A stretch of 60,172 nucleotides of DNA, the filler included. It is 3 parts of 3 records of this genome, joined end to end, with 100 filler letters (N's around TTAATTAATTAA, not from the genome) between each part and the next. Parts side by side here need not be neighbours in the genome. Positions count along the whole stretch, not along the records: positions 1 to 24,768 come from DRR723986_18144; 2 more parts are not named here. The stretch is one strand, 5' to 3'. The notes under the pieces were generated by a model. That model made no database searches and was not told the DNA's origin. It saw only the letters and a list, made by a program, of their open reading frames with translations. A program made the position numbers and the translations under genes. The first letter of the stretch is position 1. The number at the start of each line of letters is the position of its first letter. This document shows positions 11,083-22,280 of this stretch, piece by piece.

Positions 11083-11180
11083 GATTTTAAGTGTGTATTA
11101 CTTGAAATTTTAGCCTTTGATTAATTTGACGATTGAGGCAAAGGCTATGGGCAGGAAAGCTTCGGCTTTCCTGCTTTTTT
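11083..11180 (+). ncRNA. Predicted cis-antisense sRNA of the PUL (fecR-susC intergenic)
   Basis: + strand -7 element, internal hairpin TAGCCTTTG/CAAAGGCTA (11111-11147), then a + strand intrinsic terminator. The 5' end is estimated. Confidence 0.5.
11151..11180 (+). terminator. Rho-independent terminator oriented antisense to the PUL operon
   Basis: GCAGGAAAGC-TTCG-GCTTTCCTGC followed by TTTTTT on the + strand only. Confidence 0.75.
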
Positions 11181-11226
11181 CATTTTCAGCTGGTGTTTGT
11201 GTAGGGGTTTTTCATAGGTTAGTAGG

Positions 11227-12255
11227 TTATGGGTTTGAAATTGTTACTGTTTTTCCTTTGATTTTATAGTCAAATTCGGAGGAGATACTTATGCCGTCCA
11301 AGACTTGATTCAATGGTTTGTTATGATAGCTTCCAGAGTACGACCATCCTTTATCTACCTTTAAGGTGCTGTTGATTGTGACGCCAAACCACACTTCCAT
11401 TTTTCGGATAACTTCAGGGTAGCTGTCGTCTTTAAAAATCAGGTATTGGTCTTTCCAGCCAAATATTTCAAGGGGATCAAAATCTGTTTTAGTCACTTCA
11501 CCATTCTTCCGTTTGATTAGCATTTCATGGGGAAGGAGAGTGATTACTCCCCCAGTGGAATCAGCCACTTCTACCTTGCCTTCTACCAGCGCCAGTTCAA
11601 AGTCTTCTCCGTTTTTTAGGTTAAATGAAGTGCCTAAAACGGTCACCTGATTGTTGTCTATTTGGATTACAAATGGACGATTAGGATCCTTCGTCACATC
11701 AAAAAATGCTTCTCCCTGCATCCGGATGGTTCTTTTTTCCCCATCGAAATTCTGCGGATAGGCTATGCTACTAGCTGCATTGAGGTGAACATATGTTCCA
11801 TCCGGCAATTGAAATTTATATTTCTGACCTGCAGGATTGTCCACAGTCAACCAAGTAATTACTTGCTGATTTTCAGACTCTACCTTATTCCTTTTGTTGA
11901 GAATATCGATTCCGTAAACTGTAGAAAAAACCAAGAACAAGATGGCTGCAGTTTTATGCCAGCCACTCCAATGGAAATGACTGCCATCTGCCCTTTTCTG
12001 ATGACTCTTTTCCACGATGTCCTCATACAAATCCATATAGGCCTGATCAGAAAGCACATACCGGTCTTTGTAATCGATCATTGCGATTATCTCTTTAGCC
12101 TTTTGGAGAACTGGTCTTCTTTCGGGATTATTTTCAATCCATTTAAGCCAAAAGTGATTAGTTTCTTCTCCAGGATTTTTCACCCACTGAATAAAAAATT
12201 CATCGTTCAAAAAGTCCTCGATCTCAAAATCTATGTATTTATATTTTTCGTCCAT
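11227..12255 (-). CDS. FecR family anti-sigma factor
   Basis: N-terminal DEFFIQWV, single TM segment, LPDGTYVHLNAAS, GEAFFDV, VLGTSFN. Confidence 0.93.
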   Translation of the reverse strand: MDEKYKYIDFEIEDFLNDEFFIQWVKNPGEETNHFWLKWIENNPERRPVLQKAKEIIAMIDYKDRYVLSDQAYMDLYEDIVEKSHQKRADGSHFHWSGWHKTAAILFLVFSTVYGIDILNKRNKVESENQQVITWLTVDNPAGQKYKFQLPDGTYVHLNAASSIAYPQNFDGEKRTIRMQGEAFFDVTKDPNRPFVIQIDNNQVTVLGTSFNLKNGEDFELALVEGKVEVADSTGGVITLLPHEMLIKRKNGEVTKTDFDPLEIFGWKDQYLIFKDDSYPEVIRKMEVWFGVTINSTLKVDKGWSYSGSYHNKPLNQVLDGISISSEFDYKIKGKTVTISNP

Positions 12256-12278
12256 GGTAGTGGCAGGAAGCGCGCTGG

Positions 12279-12932
12279 TTAGGCTTTCTTAACTTCAAAT
12301 ATTTCTTTAAGCTTCTCCATGGCTCTATAAACCAAGGTTCTCGCTGTTTTAACTTCACTGAAATTCATCACTTCAGCTATTTCTTTATAGGATAGCTCTT
12401 CTTGATAGAGCATAATAATCGCTTGTCTTTGTCTGGTAGGCAGTTTGTTCAGCGCATTGGCAATTTCCAACTTCTGCTCCAAGGCAAATTCTTCATCTAT
12501 CAATTTGGTCTCATGCGAGGTCTCGATGTGAAAAATGTTTTCCTCATTTTCAAGAGATGTCAAATCGGCATTTAGCTTTCTCTCTTTCTTGAGAAACTTG
12601 AAAAGTTCTCTGTGAAAAACGGTGAACAGATAACCTTTAATTCGCTGTACATCACCTAACTTGGCTTGGTTCTTTCGTAGATCTACAAACATTTTCTGAA
12701 GACAATCCCTGATTAATTCTTCTTGCTTGCAGATTTGCATGCCATAATTAAATAAGTCAGCTACATATTTTCGGTAGATGTAGTTAAAGGCGGCTTCATC
12801 TCCACTTTTGAAAGATGTCCAGACCTCACGGTCTGATTTTTCAGTGTATACCACCATCACTTGACTATGCTGCATATATAGCATAGCTGAGGTATCGGAA
12901 GTTTCAATAGGTTTATTCTGGGTTTTTTTCAT
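12279..12932 (-). CDS. ECF-type RNA polymerase sigma-70 factor
   Basis: GDEAAFNYIY region 2; LNKLPTRQRQAI..LSYKEIAEVM region 4; adjacent to fecR. Confidence 0.93.
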   Translation of the reverse strand: MKKTQNKPIETSDTSAMLYMQHSQVMVVYTEKSDREVWTSFKSGDEAAFNYIYRKYVADLFNYGMQICKQEELIRDCLQKMFVDLRKNQAKLGDVQRIKGYLFTVFHRELFKFLKKERKLNADLTSLENEENIFHIETSHETKLIDEEFALEQKLEIANALNKLPTRQRQAIIMLYQEELSYKEIAEVMNFSEVKTARTLVYRAMEKLKEIFEVKKA

Positions 12933-13075
12933 TTGAACAGGAAGGTATCTCCACTCTTCACTTATAAAGAGTGTTTTTAGAGGTCAAACAACCTCAAAAT
13001 TTTATTTTATTTTTTTCTGTATATGAAAAAATCTACCACACACAGTTTTATCCCCTGATAATTAGACAATACACC

Positions 13076-13104
13076 CCTATCGCAGAATATAATTCTGCGA
13101 TAGG
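13076..13104. terminator. 13-bp perfect inverted repeat downstream of the esterase operon (terminator or stabiliser hairpin)
   Basis: CCTATCGCAGAAT-ATA-ATTCTGCGATAGG; no strong U-tail. Confidence 0.5.
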
Positions 13105-13177
13105 AGAATACCATTCTATCGTCTAATCAAGAATTCTTACAAGCAGTAAAAAAGGGAAATAATGGCGTCTAGAGACT

Positions 13178-14101
13178 TCAGTCTGCTTTCAGGAATTCGT
13201 TGACATCCAACCAATGTATAAAAGCATCAAACCAGCGGTTACTGGTTCTACCAGGATTACCAAGACCGAAGCCATGCCCGCCATTTTGGTATAAGTGAAA
13301 CTCAACAGGAATACCTGCTTTGTACCAGGAATCAATCACACCAAATTGGCCTCTAAAAAGAAAATCATCTGTGGCAATCACATTGAACATAGGAGGTGCA
13401 TCTTCAGGAACTTCAACTGGTCCCATGCCACCATAGATTGGGCCGATGAAGGCCAATTTCATTGTCTTGGAATTCAACGTGCTGTGCATGGTCAATCCTG
13501 CACCGGCAGAAAAGCCGATCATTCCTAACCTATCCATATCAACACCCCACTCTTCTGCTCTATCCTTAATCATCGCATAGGCTGCCTCGGCATCTTCCAA
13601 CTGATCCGAAAGATCAAAGGATGCAGGAGCTGGACGTGCGGGAGCTGAGGATTCCGACGGGGCAGGTGGTGGTGATAAAGTCTGGTTCATAGACTCTTTG
13701 AAGCCATCTAAAGACTCAGGGGTTGGACGAAGCCTGTATTTCAGGACGAATGCAGCTATCCCCTGATCGGCAAGTGCCTGAGCAACTTCCCATCCTTCAT
13801 TTTTCAAAGAAAGCCATCTGAAACCACCGCCCGGCGCAACAAGCACCGCTGCTCCAGTCGCCGTACCTGGCTCTGGTAAAAAAGGAGTCAAGGTGGCAAC
13901 AGTAATATTTCGCGCCATAGGGTCTCCCCATTGCTTAAACCAGGTTTCGGTAGCAGGTTGGTTTTCAACGCCACCTGTTCCCAGCAAAATTGCATTTGGT
14001 TCAGCTGGTGTTTCCAGTGGATAAATAGTGCCGTCCTGTGCCATAGCAGAGGAAGCGATTAGAAGGCATGATGCCAGGATTGAGGTTTTTAATAGGTTCA
14101 T
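13178..14101 (-). CDS. Secreted alpha/beta-hydrolase esterase (BD-FAE/xylan esterase-like)
   Basis: Signal peptide, PGGGF oxyanion motif, GFSAG nucleophile elbow, GGHGFG. Confidence 0.8.
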   Translation of the reverse strand: MNLLKTSILASCLLIASSAMAQDGTIYPLETPAEPNAILLGTGGVENQPATETWFKQWGDPMARNITVATLTPFLPEPGTATGAAVLVAPGGGFRWLSLKNEGWEVAQALADQGIAAFVLKYRLRPTPESLDGFKESMNQTLSPPPAPSESSAPARPAPASFDLSDQLEDAEAAYAMIKDRAEEWGVDMDRLGMIGFSAGAGLTMHSTLNSKTMKLAFIGPIYGGMGPVEVPEDAPPMFNVIATDDFLFRGQFGVIDSWYKAGIPVEFHLYQNGGHGFGLGNPGRTSNRWFDAFIHWLDVNEFLKAD

Positions 14102-14358
14102 GGTATTATGGGTTTTGGTAATTGCAATTAGGTGGAGAAAAGGAATTTATATGACCATCCTTAATCTTGCCAGTAATAGTAATTTCTTTGCTCATCAGGT
14201 CAGAAGACCGAAGACAGGATACGGGAGTGACCTAAATACTAGTATTAACCAAATCCTCGGATTCTTTAATTTCTTTACAAGTTGAAAAGCGGATTTAGTT
14301 TTAAATCAATTTCTCCAATGATTAGTCTTCCTTATAAACTGGTTTAAAATGAGTTAAT

Positions 14359-15255
<897 letters not shown>

Positions 15256-15304
15256 TTATTAGGTTATTTACTGGGTAATAATTATTGGGCAGAAAACTTC
15301 AGGT

Positions 15305-16156
<852 letters not shown>

Positions 16157-16188
16157 TTAGGTTTGAGAGCTTATTAGGTATTCAGGTT

Positions 16189-18675
16189 TTATAGGTTTTT
16201 AGATTTCAATATATAAGAATTTCCAGGTTCTGTTTTCAAGTCATAAACACTGGTTTCCCCAAGATCAGGTAAGTCGATTTGAGCGGCTGGCGAGATGATT
16301 GGATCGGCAGTGACTGGTACTTGATAGAAAGGATTCGGGTTTTCACCACGCGCTTTCATAAGACCCTTACCCTTTTCTAGAACCAATGAGTTTGGAACTC
16401 GTAAGCGCAGGTTTCCTCCGATTGTCGATTTAATTACCGCTTTTTCAATCTTCCCATCTTTCCATGTCAGTTCTACTACCTCAAATCCACCTTTAGCACG
16501 AATTCCTGAAATGCTTCCCTCCTGCCAAATGTCTGGTAAAGCTGGCAATAGATGAATTTCCCCATTTGCACTTTGAATTAACATCTCGGTAATGCCTGAA
16601 GTACAACCAAAGTTTCCATCAATCTGGAAAGGTGGGTGCGCATCAAAAAGGTTGTTGTAAGATCCGCCACCTCCCTGATTGGAACCTACAGGTGAGAGCT
16701 GATTTTGGATCAGTTTATAGGCATGATTGCCGTCCAGCATTCTTGCCCACCAGTTGACTTTCCAACCCATACTCCAACCCGTAGAAACATCTCCACGCTG
16801 GATTAAGGTGTTTTTGGAAGCAGAATACAATTCTGGAGTACGCAATGGGGAAATCTGATTGGATGGGAATAAGCCATACAAATGGGAAATATGACGGTGA
16901 TGATCATTAGGATCGTCAATATCATCCAGCCATTCCTGTAGCTGACCGTGTTTTCCTATGTGCATAGGAGGTAATCGATCTCTCATGGCTTTCAGTGAAT
17001 CTGCAAAAGATTGATCTTTACCAAGCATCTCCGAAGCTTGAATCACTGCGCTGAAGGCATCAAAAACCAATTGGTTGTCCATCGTAGTTCCAGCATCTAA
17101 GGAGGAACCATCGTGTGCAGCTGGAGCATTTTCTGGAGAAGTACCAGGATTTACTACAAGCCAAGGTTTGTCTGGATGCTCCACCAAAAAATCAACATAA
17201 AACATCGCTGCACCTTTTAAAATAGGATAGATAGATTTCAGATAATCCATGTCTCCATTGTATTGGAAGTGATCCCAAAGATGCTGGCTGGTCCATGCTC
17301 CACCACCAGACCAAATTCCCCAGAAAATTGCATCGACCGGGCCGGTAATTCTCCAGATGTCCGTATTATGATGTGCCATCCAACCTCGCGCGCCGTACAT
17401 CACTTTTGCCGTTTCCTCACCTGCTTCAGCCATCTCGGAAACCATTTTCAGGAAAGGCTGATGAAGCTCAGCCAAGTTGGTTTTCTCAGCCGGCCAATAG
17501 TTCATCTGCGCATTGATATTGATGGTGTATTTACTGTCCCATGGCGGGGACATTTCTTTGTTCCAAATCCCCTGCAGGTTTGCCGGCTGTCCTCCTGGCT
17601 GGGAAGAAGAAATCAACAAATACCTCCCATACTGATAATACAGCGTAACCAGCTGCGGATCATCTCCTTCTTTAAAGCCTTTGATACGCTCATCCGTTGG
17701 GAGTTTGGAGGCTTCAGTTTTTCCTAAATTCAGACTCACCCGGTCGAAATATTTTTGATAATCCACCAAATTCGTCTTCAGTAAATCATCAAAAGATTTG
17801 GTAGCAGCTTTTGCCATAAATGCGGCTGCTCTCCCATTTTCATCTCCACTGAGATCTAAGTAATTGTTGAAATTGGTAGCAATGGCAATATAAATCGTCG
17901 CTTCATCTGCATTTTTTACCGTGATGGAATTGTCAGTGGAAGAAAGCGATCCTCCTTGATTTTTGATTTTAGTTAGGCTTTTGAATTTTACCTGCCCTTT
18001 TACACCTTCATGATCTGTGGTTGTGCCGGAAATTGCCAATTCCTTTTCTGAATTGAGGGCAACCGTTGCATTTGGCTGAGGGGTAGCCATGGATGCTGTG
18101 AAAGAAATCATCCCAGGCTTGCTGGCAGTCAGGTGTACAGCAATGACGTTGTCAGCGAAGGAAGCAATGGCTTCACGAGTATAGGTCACACCATCCACCA
18201 CATAACTTACTTTGGAAATCGCCTGAGAAATATCCAGCTCCCTACGATAATCTGTAAAAGTAGAATGTCCTTCAAAAGCTATGTTCAGGTCTCCCACAGG
18301 CTGAAACTTCTGTCCATGTGACTTCTTGCTTTGTATAGTTTTAGCGGCTAGCTGTTCTGCTTCTTTTTGCTTTCCTTCGAAAATCAATCTTCTGACTTCA
18401 GGCAGAGATGCCAAAGCATCCGGGTTATCATTTCTATTTGGACCACCGGACCAAACGGTATGCTCGTTAAGCTGAATCAGCTCATTTTCTACATTTCCAT
18501 AGATCATTGCTCCCAACCTGCCATTTCCGATTGGCAAGGCATCCGTCCACACATCGGCTGCTGGTTGCTTGTACCAAAGCGTGAGATCAGAGCTTTCCTG
18601 AGCTTTTATCTGCATGGAAAAAGCCAGAAAAAGCACTGCAAAAAAAGTTCTTAAACAATATTTACTCGTATGCAT
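16189..18675 (-). CDS. GH95 glycoside hydrolase (alpha-L-fucosidase / alpha-L-galactosidase)
   Basis: ALPIGNGRLGAM, YGRYLLISSS, ANLQGIWN, HRHISHL, PFQIDGNFG. Start set at ATG 18675 (18699 is an alternative) because the upstream ORF extension lies in a DNA repeat. Confidence 0.93.
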   Translation of the reverse strand: MHTSKYCLRTFFAVLFLAFSMQIKAQESSDLTLWYKQPAADVWTDALPIGNGRLGAMIYGNVENELIQLNEHTVWSGGPNRNDNPDALASLPEVRRLIFEGKQKEAEQLAAKTIQSKKSHGQKFQPVGDLNIAFEGHSTFTDYRRELDISQAISKVSYVVDGVTYTREAIASFADNVIAVHLTASKPGMISFTASMATPQPNATVALNSEKELAISGTTTDHEGVKGQVKFKSLTKIKNQGGSLSSTDNSITVKNADEATIYIAIATNFNNYLDLSGDENGRAAAFMAKAATKSFDDLLKTNLVDYQKYFDRVSLNLGKTEASKLPTDERIKGFKEGDDPQLVTLYYQYGRYLLISSSQPGGQPANLQGIWNKEMSPPWDSKYTININAQMNYWPAEKTNLAELHQPFLKMVSEMAEAGEETAKVMYGARGWMAHHNTDIWRITGPVDAIFWGIWSGGGAWTSQHLWDHFQYNGDMDYLKSIYPILKGAAMFYVDFLVEHPDKPWLVVNPGTSPENAPAAHDGSSLDAGTTMDNQLVFDAFSAVIQASEMLGKDQSFADSLKAMRDRLPPMHIGKHGQLQEWLDDIDDPNDHHRHISHLYGLFPSNQISPLRTPELYSASKNTLIQRGDVSTGWSMGWKVNWWARMLDGNHAYKLIQNQLSPVGSNQGGGGSYNNLFDAHPPFQIDGNFGCTSGITEMLIQSANGEIHLLPALPDIWQEGSISGIRAKGGFEVVELTWKDGKIEKAVIKSTIGGNLRLRVPNSLVLEKGKGLMKARGENPNPFYQVPVTADPIISPAAQIDLPDLGETSVYDLKTEPGNSYILKSKNL

Positions 18676-18753
18676 TTTGGGTGTGTTTTTACTATTCATA
18701 TAATTCTCCGCAATCTTGCCAGATACTAAAATTTCATTTCTCTCCACCTTCTT

Positions 18754-18865
18754 CGGTCTCAAATCTCCAGTCTTCCGTCTCCCGTCTCCCGTCTTCCGTC
18801 TTCCGTCTCCCATCTTCCGTCTCCCGTCTTCCGTCTTCTGTCTTCCGTCTCTCGTCTTCCGTCTC
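18754..18865. repeat. Tandem heptamer array, 16 x CCGTCTY (RAGACGG on the coding strand)
   Basis: Units parsed in register from 18754 to 18865; on the coding strand it begins 2 nt after the dehydrogenase stop. Confidence 0.95.
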
Positions 18866-18867
18866 CT

Positions 18868-19878
18868 TCACATTTCCACCACCGCTTTGATCACTCCAGT
18901 CTCGGGATTCAGCCAAGACTGAAAATCATTCTTCACCTGATCAAATTTCACTTTATGAGTAATGTACTTTTCAACTGAAAGTTTTCCAGATGCCATCGCT
19001 TCCAAGACCTGATCGAAGTCTTCCCTAGTGGCATTTCTGCTACTCATCAGCGTCGCTTCCCGCTTATGAAATTCAGGATGGGAAATAGCAATTTCACCTT
19101 TTTGTAATCCAACTAAGACATAGGATCCGCCATGGGCGATATATTGAAAACCTGAGTTGATCGCAACCAAACTCCCAGTGGCATCGATCACTACATCGCA
19201 GAAATCCCCATCGGTGATTTCCTGAATTGCCTCATTAGCAGCTTTTCCGGCCTTTACCACATAGGAAATATTCCATTCGCTCTTACAAAACTCAAGTCGC
19301 TTCTCGTTGATATCCATCGCGATCACAGTAGCTCCAGCAATCCTAGCGAATTCCATCACTCCCAATCCAATGGGACCAGCTCCGATCACTAAGACAAATT
19401 GCCCGGGCTTCACTCCTGCCCTTCGTACGCCATGAGCGCCGATGGCAAAAGGTTCGGCCAATGCAAGTTGCTCCAAGCTCAGCCCTTCTTTTTTGACCAA
19501 AGAAGTAATCGGCAAGGAGACATATTCCTGCATTCCGCCATCCTCATGAACCCCAAATACGCTGATTTTCTGACAGCAATTGGGTTTACCATTTCTGCAG
19601 GCTACACAAGTCCCGCAATTGAAATAGGGAATCACCGTGACTAGATCACCTTTCGTGATTTCCTCATTAGCTCCAATTTCCACCACTTCTCCCGCCAACT
19701 CATGTCCCAAAATTCTAGGGTAAGAGAAAAAGGGCTGAGTACCTTCAAATGCATGAAGATCCGTTCCGCAGATGCCAATTCTCTTGATTTTGACGATGGC
19801 CCTTCCTTCAGAAAGCACGGGCATTACGCCCTCTTTATATTCAAATTCTCCCGGCGATATGCAGGATAATAGATTCAT
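18868..19878 (-). CDS. Zinc-dependent MDR dehydrogenase (L-galactonate 5-dehydrogenase/YjjN-like)
   Basis: GICGTDLH, GHE, structural Zn CGTCVAC..CC, GAGPIG, SSRNAT. Start overlaps the upstream stop. Confidence 0.85.
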   Translation of the reverse strand: MNLLSCISPGEFEYKEGVMPVLSEGRAIVKIKRIGICGTDLHAFEGTQPFFSYPRILGHELAGEVVEIGANEEITKGDLVTVIPYFNCGTCVACRNGKPNCCQKISVFGVHEDGGMQEYVSLPITSLVKKEGLSLEQLALAEPFAIGAHGVRRAGVKPGQFVLVIGAGPIGLGVMEFARIAGATVIAMDINEKRLEFCKSEWNISYVVKAGKAANEAIQEITDGDFCDVVIDATGSLVAINSGFQYIAHGGSYVLVGLQKGEIAISHPEFHKREATLMSSRNATREDFDQVLEAMASGKLSVEKYITHKVKFDQVKNDFQSWLNPETGVIKAVVEM

Positions 19879-20969
19879 AATGTTTGATTCAAATTAAATT
19901 CTGATAAATAGCCAGCGATCAACCCCTTTTCCTTCATGACTTCCCAGAAAGAATCCGGAAGTTTAGTAGCGCAAAACTCAGCATTTGCATGAATTCTAGC
20001 CGGAGAAGTAGAGTTGAGTGCTATGGAATTTACTCCCGGCAGCTTAAGCCCAAATTGTATGCAAGCATGGGCAGGATCAATTTCCTGAACTTTGCAAAGG
20101 CTGAAAAACTGATCTCTCCAAGTATGCCTTGGTTGATAGTTTGGGTCGGATTCCTCCATTATTTTGTAATCATAATGATCGCCTCCTACCAGAAACCCAG
20201 ACTGGAAAACTGCAGAGTTAATGATACCCACCCCTTCTTTTTCCAGTTGCCTCATAAAGTGAAAAAGGGCCTCCGGATGATTATATATAGTCATGCTATT
20301 AGCTATCATCACCCAATCAAGTTTAACCTCAGCGTAAATCTTTTGGATTACTTTCCAGTTTTTAGACCCCACGCCTATTGCTTTCACTCTTCCGGCTAGT
20401 TTTAGCTCTTCCAAAGCTGCATAGCCTTCCAGAATATGTGCAAATCGCTCTTCATAATCTTCTGGCGAAAATGCCATATCCAAATATTCATCGGGATCGT
20501 GGATGGAAACCAAGAGACTTTCATATCCCTTGAGCAAGGAATTTCCCTCATCAAAACAATTGATGACTCCTTCATAACTGATGTTCTGAATAGCATCATG
20601 ACTAAGATTCTTCCAGACATCTTTCTCGAAAGTAGGCTCTCCATGTAAATGTGTGCGCTGCCATCCCAGCTTATTGCTGATCAAAACTTTGTCTTTTGGC
20701 ACTTGGAGATCATTCAGGGCATGTCCCAAAGTTTCCAACGCCAAACCTGCTCCATATTTCCCTGCCGAATCGAACACTATTCCATCTGGAAAACGCTCCA
20801 AGGCAGTAGCTATCAATTCCAGTTTTTGTTCATAGGAATAAGCTTCATAGAGATTGCCTAGAGAACTCGTCCCGAAGATCATTGAAGGTACTTGTATGCC
20901 TGTTTTTCCTAATTCCATTCTATTTAGTAATGATTCTGCCGGTAAACGATTCAAACTTTTGTTCGGCAC
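19875..20969 (-). CDS. Aldo/keto reductase (D-threo-aldose 1-dehydrogenase, L-galactose/L-fucose dehydrogenase-like)
   Basis: FGTSSLGNLY, FDSAGKYGAGLA, ISNKLG, SIHDPDEYL. GTG start at 20969; alternative ATG at 20918. Confidence 0.85.
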   Translation of the reverse strand: MPNKSLNRLPAESLLNRMELGKTGIQVPSMIFGTSSLGNLYEAYSYEQKLELIATALERFPDGIVFDSAGKYGAGLALETLGHALNDLQVPKDKVLISNKLGWQRTHLHGEPTFEKDVWKNLSHDAIQNISYEGVINCFDEGNSLLKGYESLLVSIHDPDEYLDMAFSPEDYEERFAHILEGYAALEELKLAGRVKAIGVGSKNWKVIQKIYAEVKLDWVMIANSMTIYNHPEALFHFMRQLEKEGVGIINSAVFQSGFLVGGDHYDYKIMEESDPNYQPRHTWRDQFFSLCKVQEIDPAHACIQFGLKLPGVNSIALNSTSPARIHANAEFCATKLPDSFWEVMKEKGLIAGYLSEFNLNQTL

Positions 20970-21025
20970 AAATCAAGTTTATCAAAACAATAAACCAATA
21001 TGATAAAAATGACCAATAGTATATT

Positions 21026-21041
21026 GGTCAAACGTTTGACC
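21026..21041. promoter_or_regulatory. Probable LacI-family operator
   Basis: Perfect 16-bp palindrome GGTCAAACGTTTGACC with central CG, between the divergent AKR and lacI genes. Confidence 0.8.
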
Positions 21042-21119
21042 TAATATCCTGAAGCTCTAGCTAAAGCCCATTCAGCTTTCGAGCTTTTGTTCTAAATTAG
21101 GTGTGCCAAGCAGCCCAGA

Positions 21120-22133
21120 ATGAAAAAGAAGAGAATCAGCATCACTGATATAGCCAATGCACTCCATGTAACCCCGTCCACGGTTTCCCGGGCGCTGAAT
21201 GGAGGGGGAAAAGTTTCTGAGAAAAAAAGAAATGAGATTTTGGCTTTGGCAAAGGAACTTGGCTATAGACCCAATCCTATTGCTAAAAGTCTTCTCGAAA
21301 ACAAGACAAATACCATTGGGCTGATTATCCCGGAATTCACGCATCATTTTTACAGCCGCATGCTTGCCGGCATAGAGAGCGTCACCTCAGAGGCAGGTTA
21401 CCAACTGCTGATTTGTACCTCCAATGAAAACCAGACCCAGGAAATAAAATCCACACAAACACTTTTGGATGCCCGTGTAGATGGGATTCTAGCCACGATC
21501 TCCAAAATGAATGACAAGTTTGAGCATATACAGGAGGTAATGGACAGCGGGACACCACTGGTTCTGGTGGATCGTTTTTCTGAGGAAATTGAAACTCCCT
21601 ACGTGATCTCAGATGATTTCAAGGGCGCCTTTTCTGCGGTGGATTACTTATGCCAAATCGGATGCAGAAACATCCTTCATATCAAAGGCCCAGATAACCT
21701 CTCAACTACATTCAACCGCTTTATGGGTTACAAAGAAGCGCTTCGAAAGCATGAAATCGAATTGAAAGAAGAACTTCTGCTGGAAAGTTCTGATACAAAT
21801 CTGCTGGAAAAAATCAGGTTTTGCCTGACAAATCACCAAGTGGATGGTGCATTCACTTACAGTGATTACCTGGCATTTGAGATCTATAAAGTAGCGAGCG
21901 AACTTAAAATCCCGATTCCCCAGCAATTGTCTGTGATTGGCTATGCCGATGAACCTATTTCTACTTACATCAACCCTACCCTAAGTACAGTAAATCAACA
22001 GCCATTTGAAATGGGTGCATTTGGAGCCAATTACCTATTGAATAAAATCAATAATCCTGAAATCGGCCTGGAGATCAAAAATCTGGAGACTAGGCTGGTG
22101 ATTAGGGGATCTTGTAAGGGGCTGGAGGGGTGA
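21120..22133 (+). CDS. LacI family transcriptional regulator
   Basis: ISITDIA..STVSRALN HTH, YRPNPIAKSL hinge, periplasmic-binding-protein-like sugar domain. Confidence 0.96.
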   Translation: MKKKRISITDIANALHVTPSTVSRALNGGGKVSEKKRNEILALAKELGYRPNPIAKSLLENKTNTIGLIIPEFTHHFYSRMLAGIESVTSEAGYQLLICTSNENQTQEIKSTQTLLDARVDGILATISKMNDKFEHIQEVMDSGTPLVLVDRFSEEIETPYVISDDFKGAFSAVDYLCQIGCRNILHIKGPDNLSTTFNRFMGYKEALRKHEIELKEELLLESSDTNLLEKIRFCLTNHQVDGAFTYSDYLAFEIYKVASELKIPIPQQLSVIGYADEPISTYINPTLSTVNQQPFEMGAFGANYLLNKINNPEIGLEIKNLETRLVIRGSCKGLEG

Positions 22134-22184
22134 GAGGGGGCTAGAGAATTAAATATAGTATGGGATAATAAAAGGTAATGTCTA

Positions 22185-22280
22185 AGCTAAACATTTCAAA
22201 TGCGTCCAATCCGTCGAGTTCAGCATTCCTGTGCAAACAGCTAAGTAAATCGATTGGACTTAGCAACTGTTAGTGGAATT
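22185..22280 (-). mobile_element. Degenerate attC-like site closing the second cassette
   Basis: On the minus strand, CCACTAAC overlaps the TAA stop and is the exact reverse complement of GTTAGTGG at the cassette start. Internal IR GTCCAATC/GATTGGAC; distal GTTTAG. Confidence 0.5.

Noticed and set aside
11662-12282. 206-aa + strand ORF antisense to fecR
   Set aside because: Lies almost entirely opposite a clear FecR gene, with a TTG start and no motifs.
18676-18922. N-terminal extension of GH95 (MGDGRRKTGDGRR..) and the ORFs 18681-18890, 18716-18922 and 18734-18916
   Set aside because: These are translations of the stop-free heptamer array. The GH95 signal peptide starts near 18675-18699.
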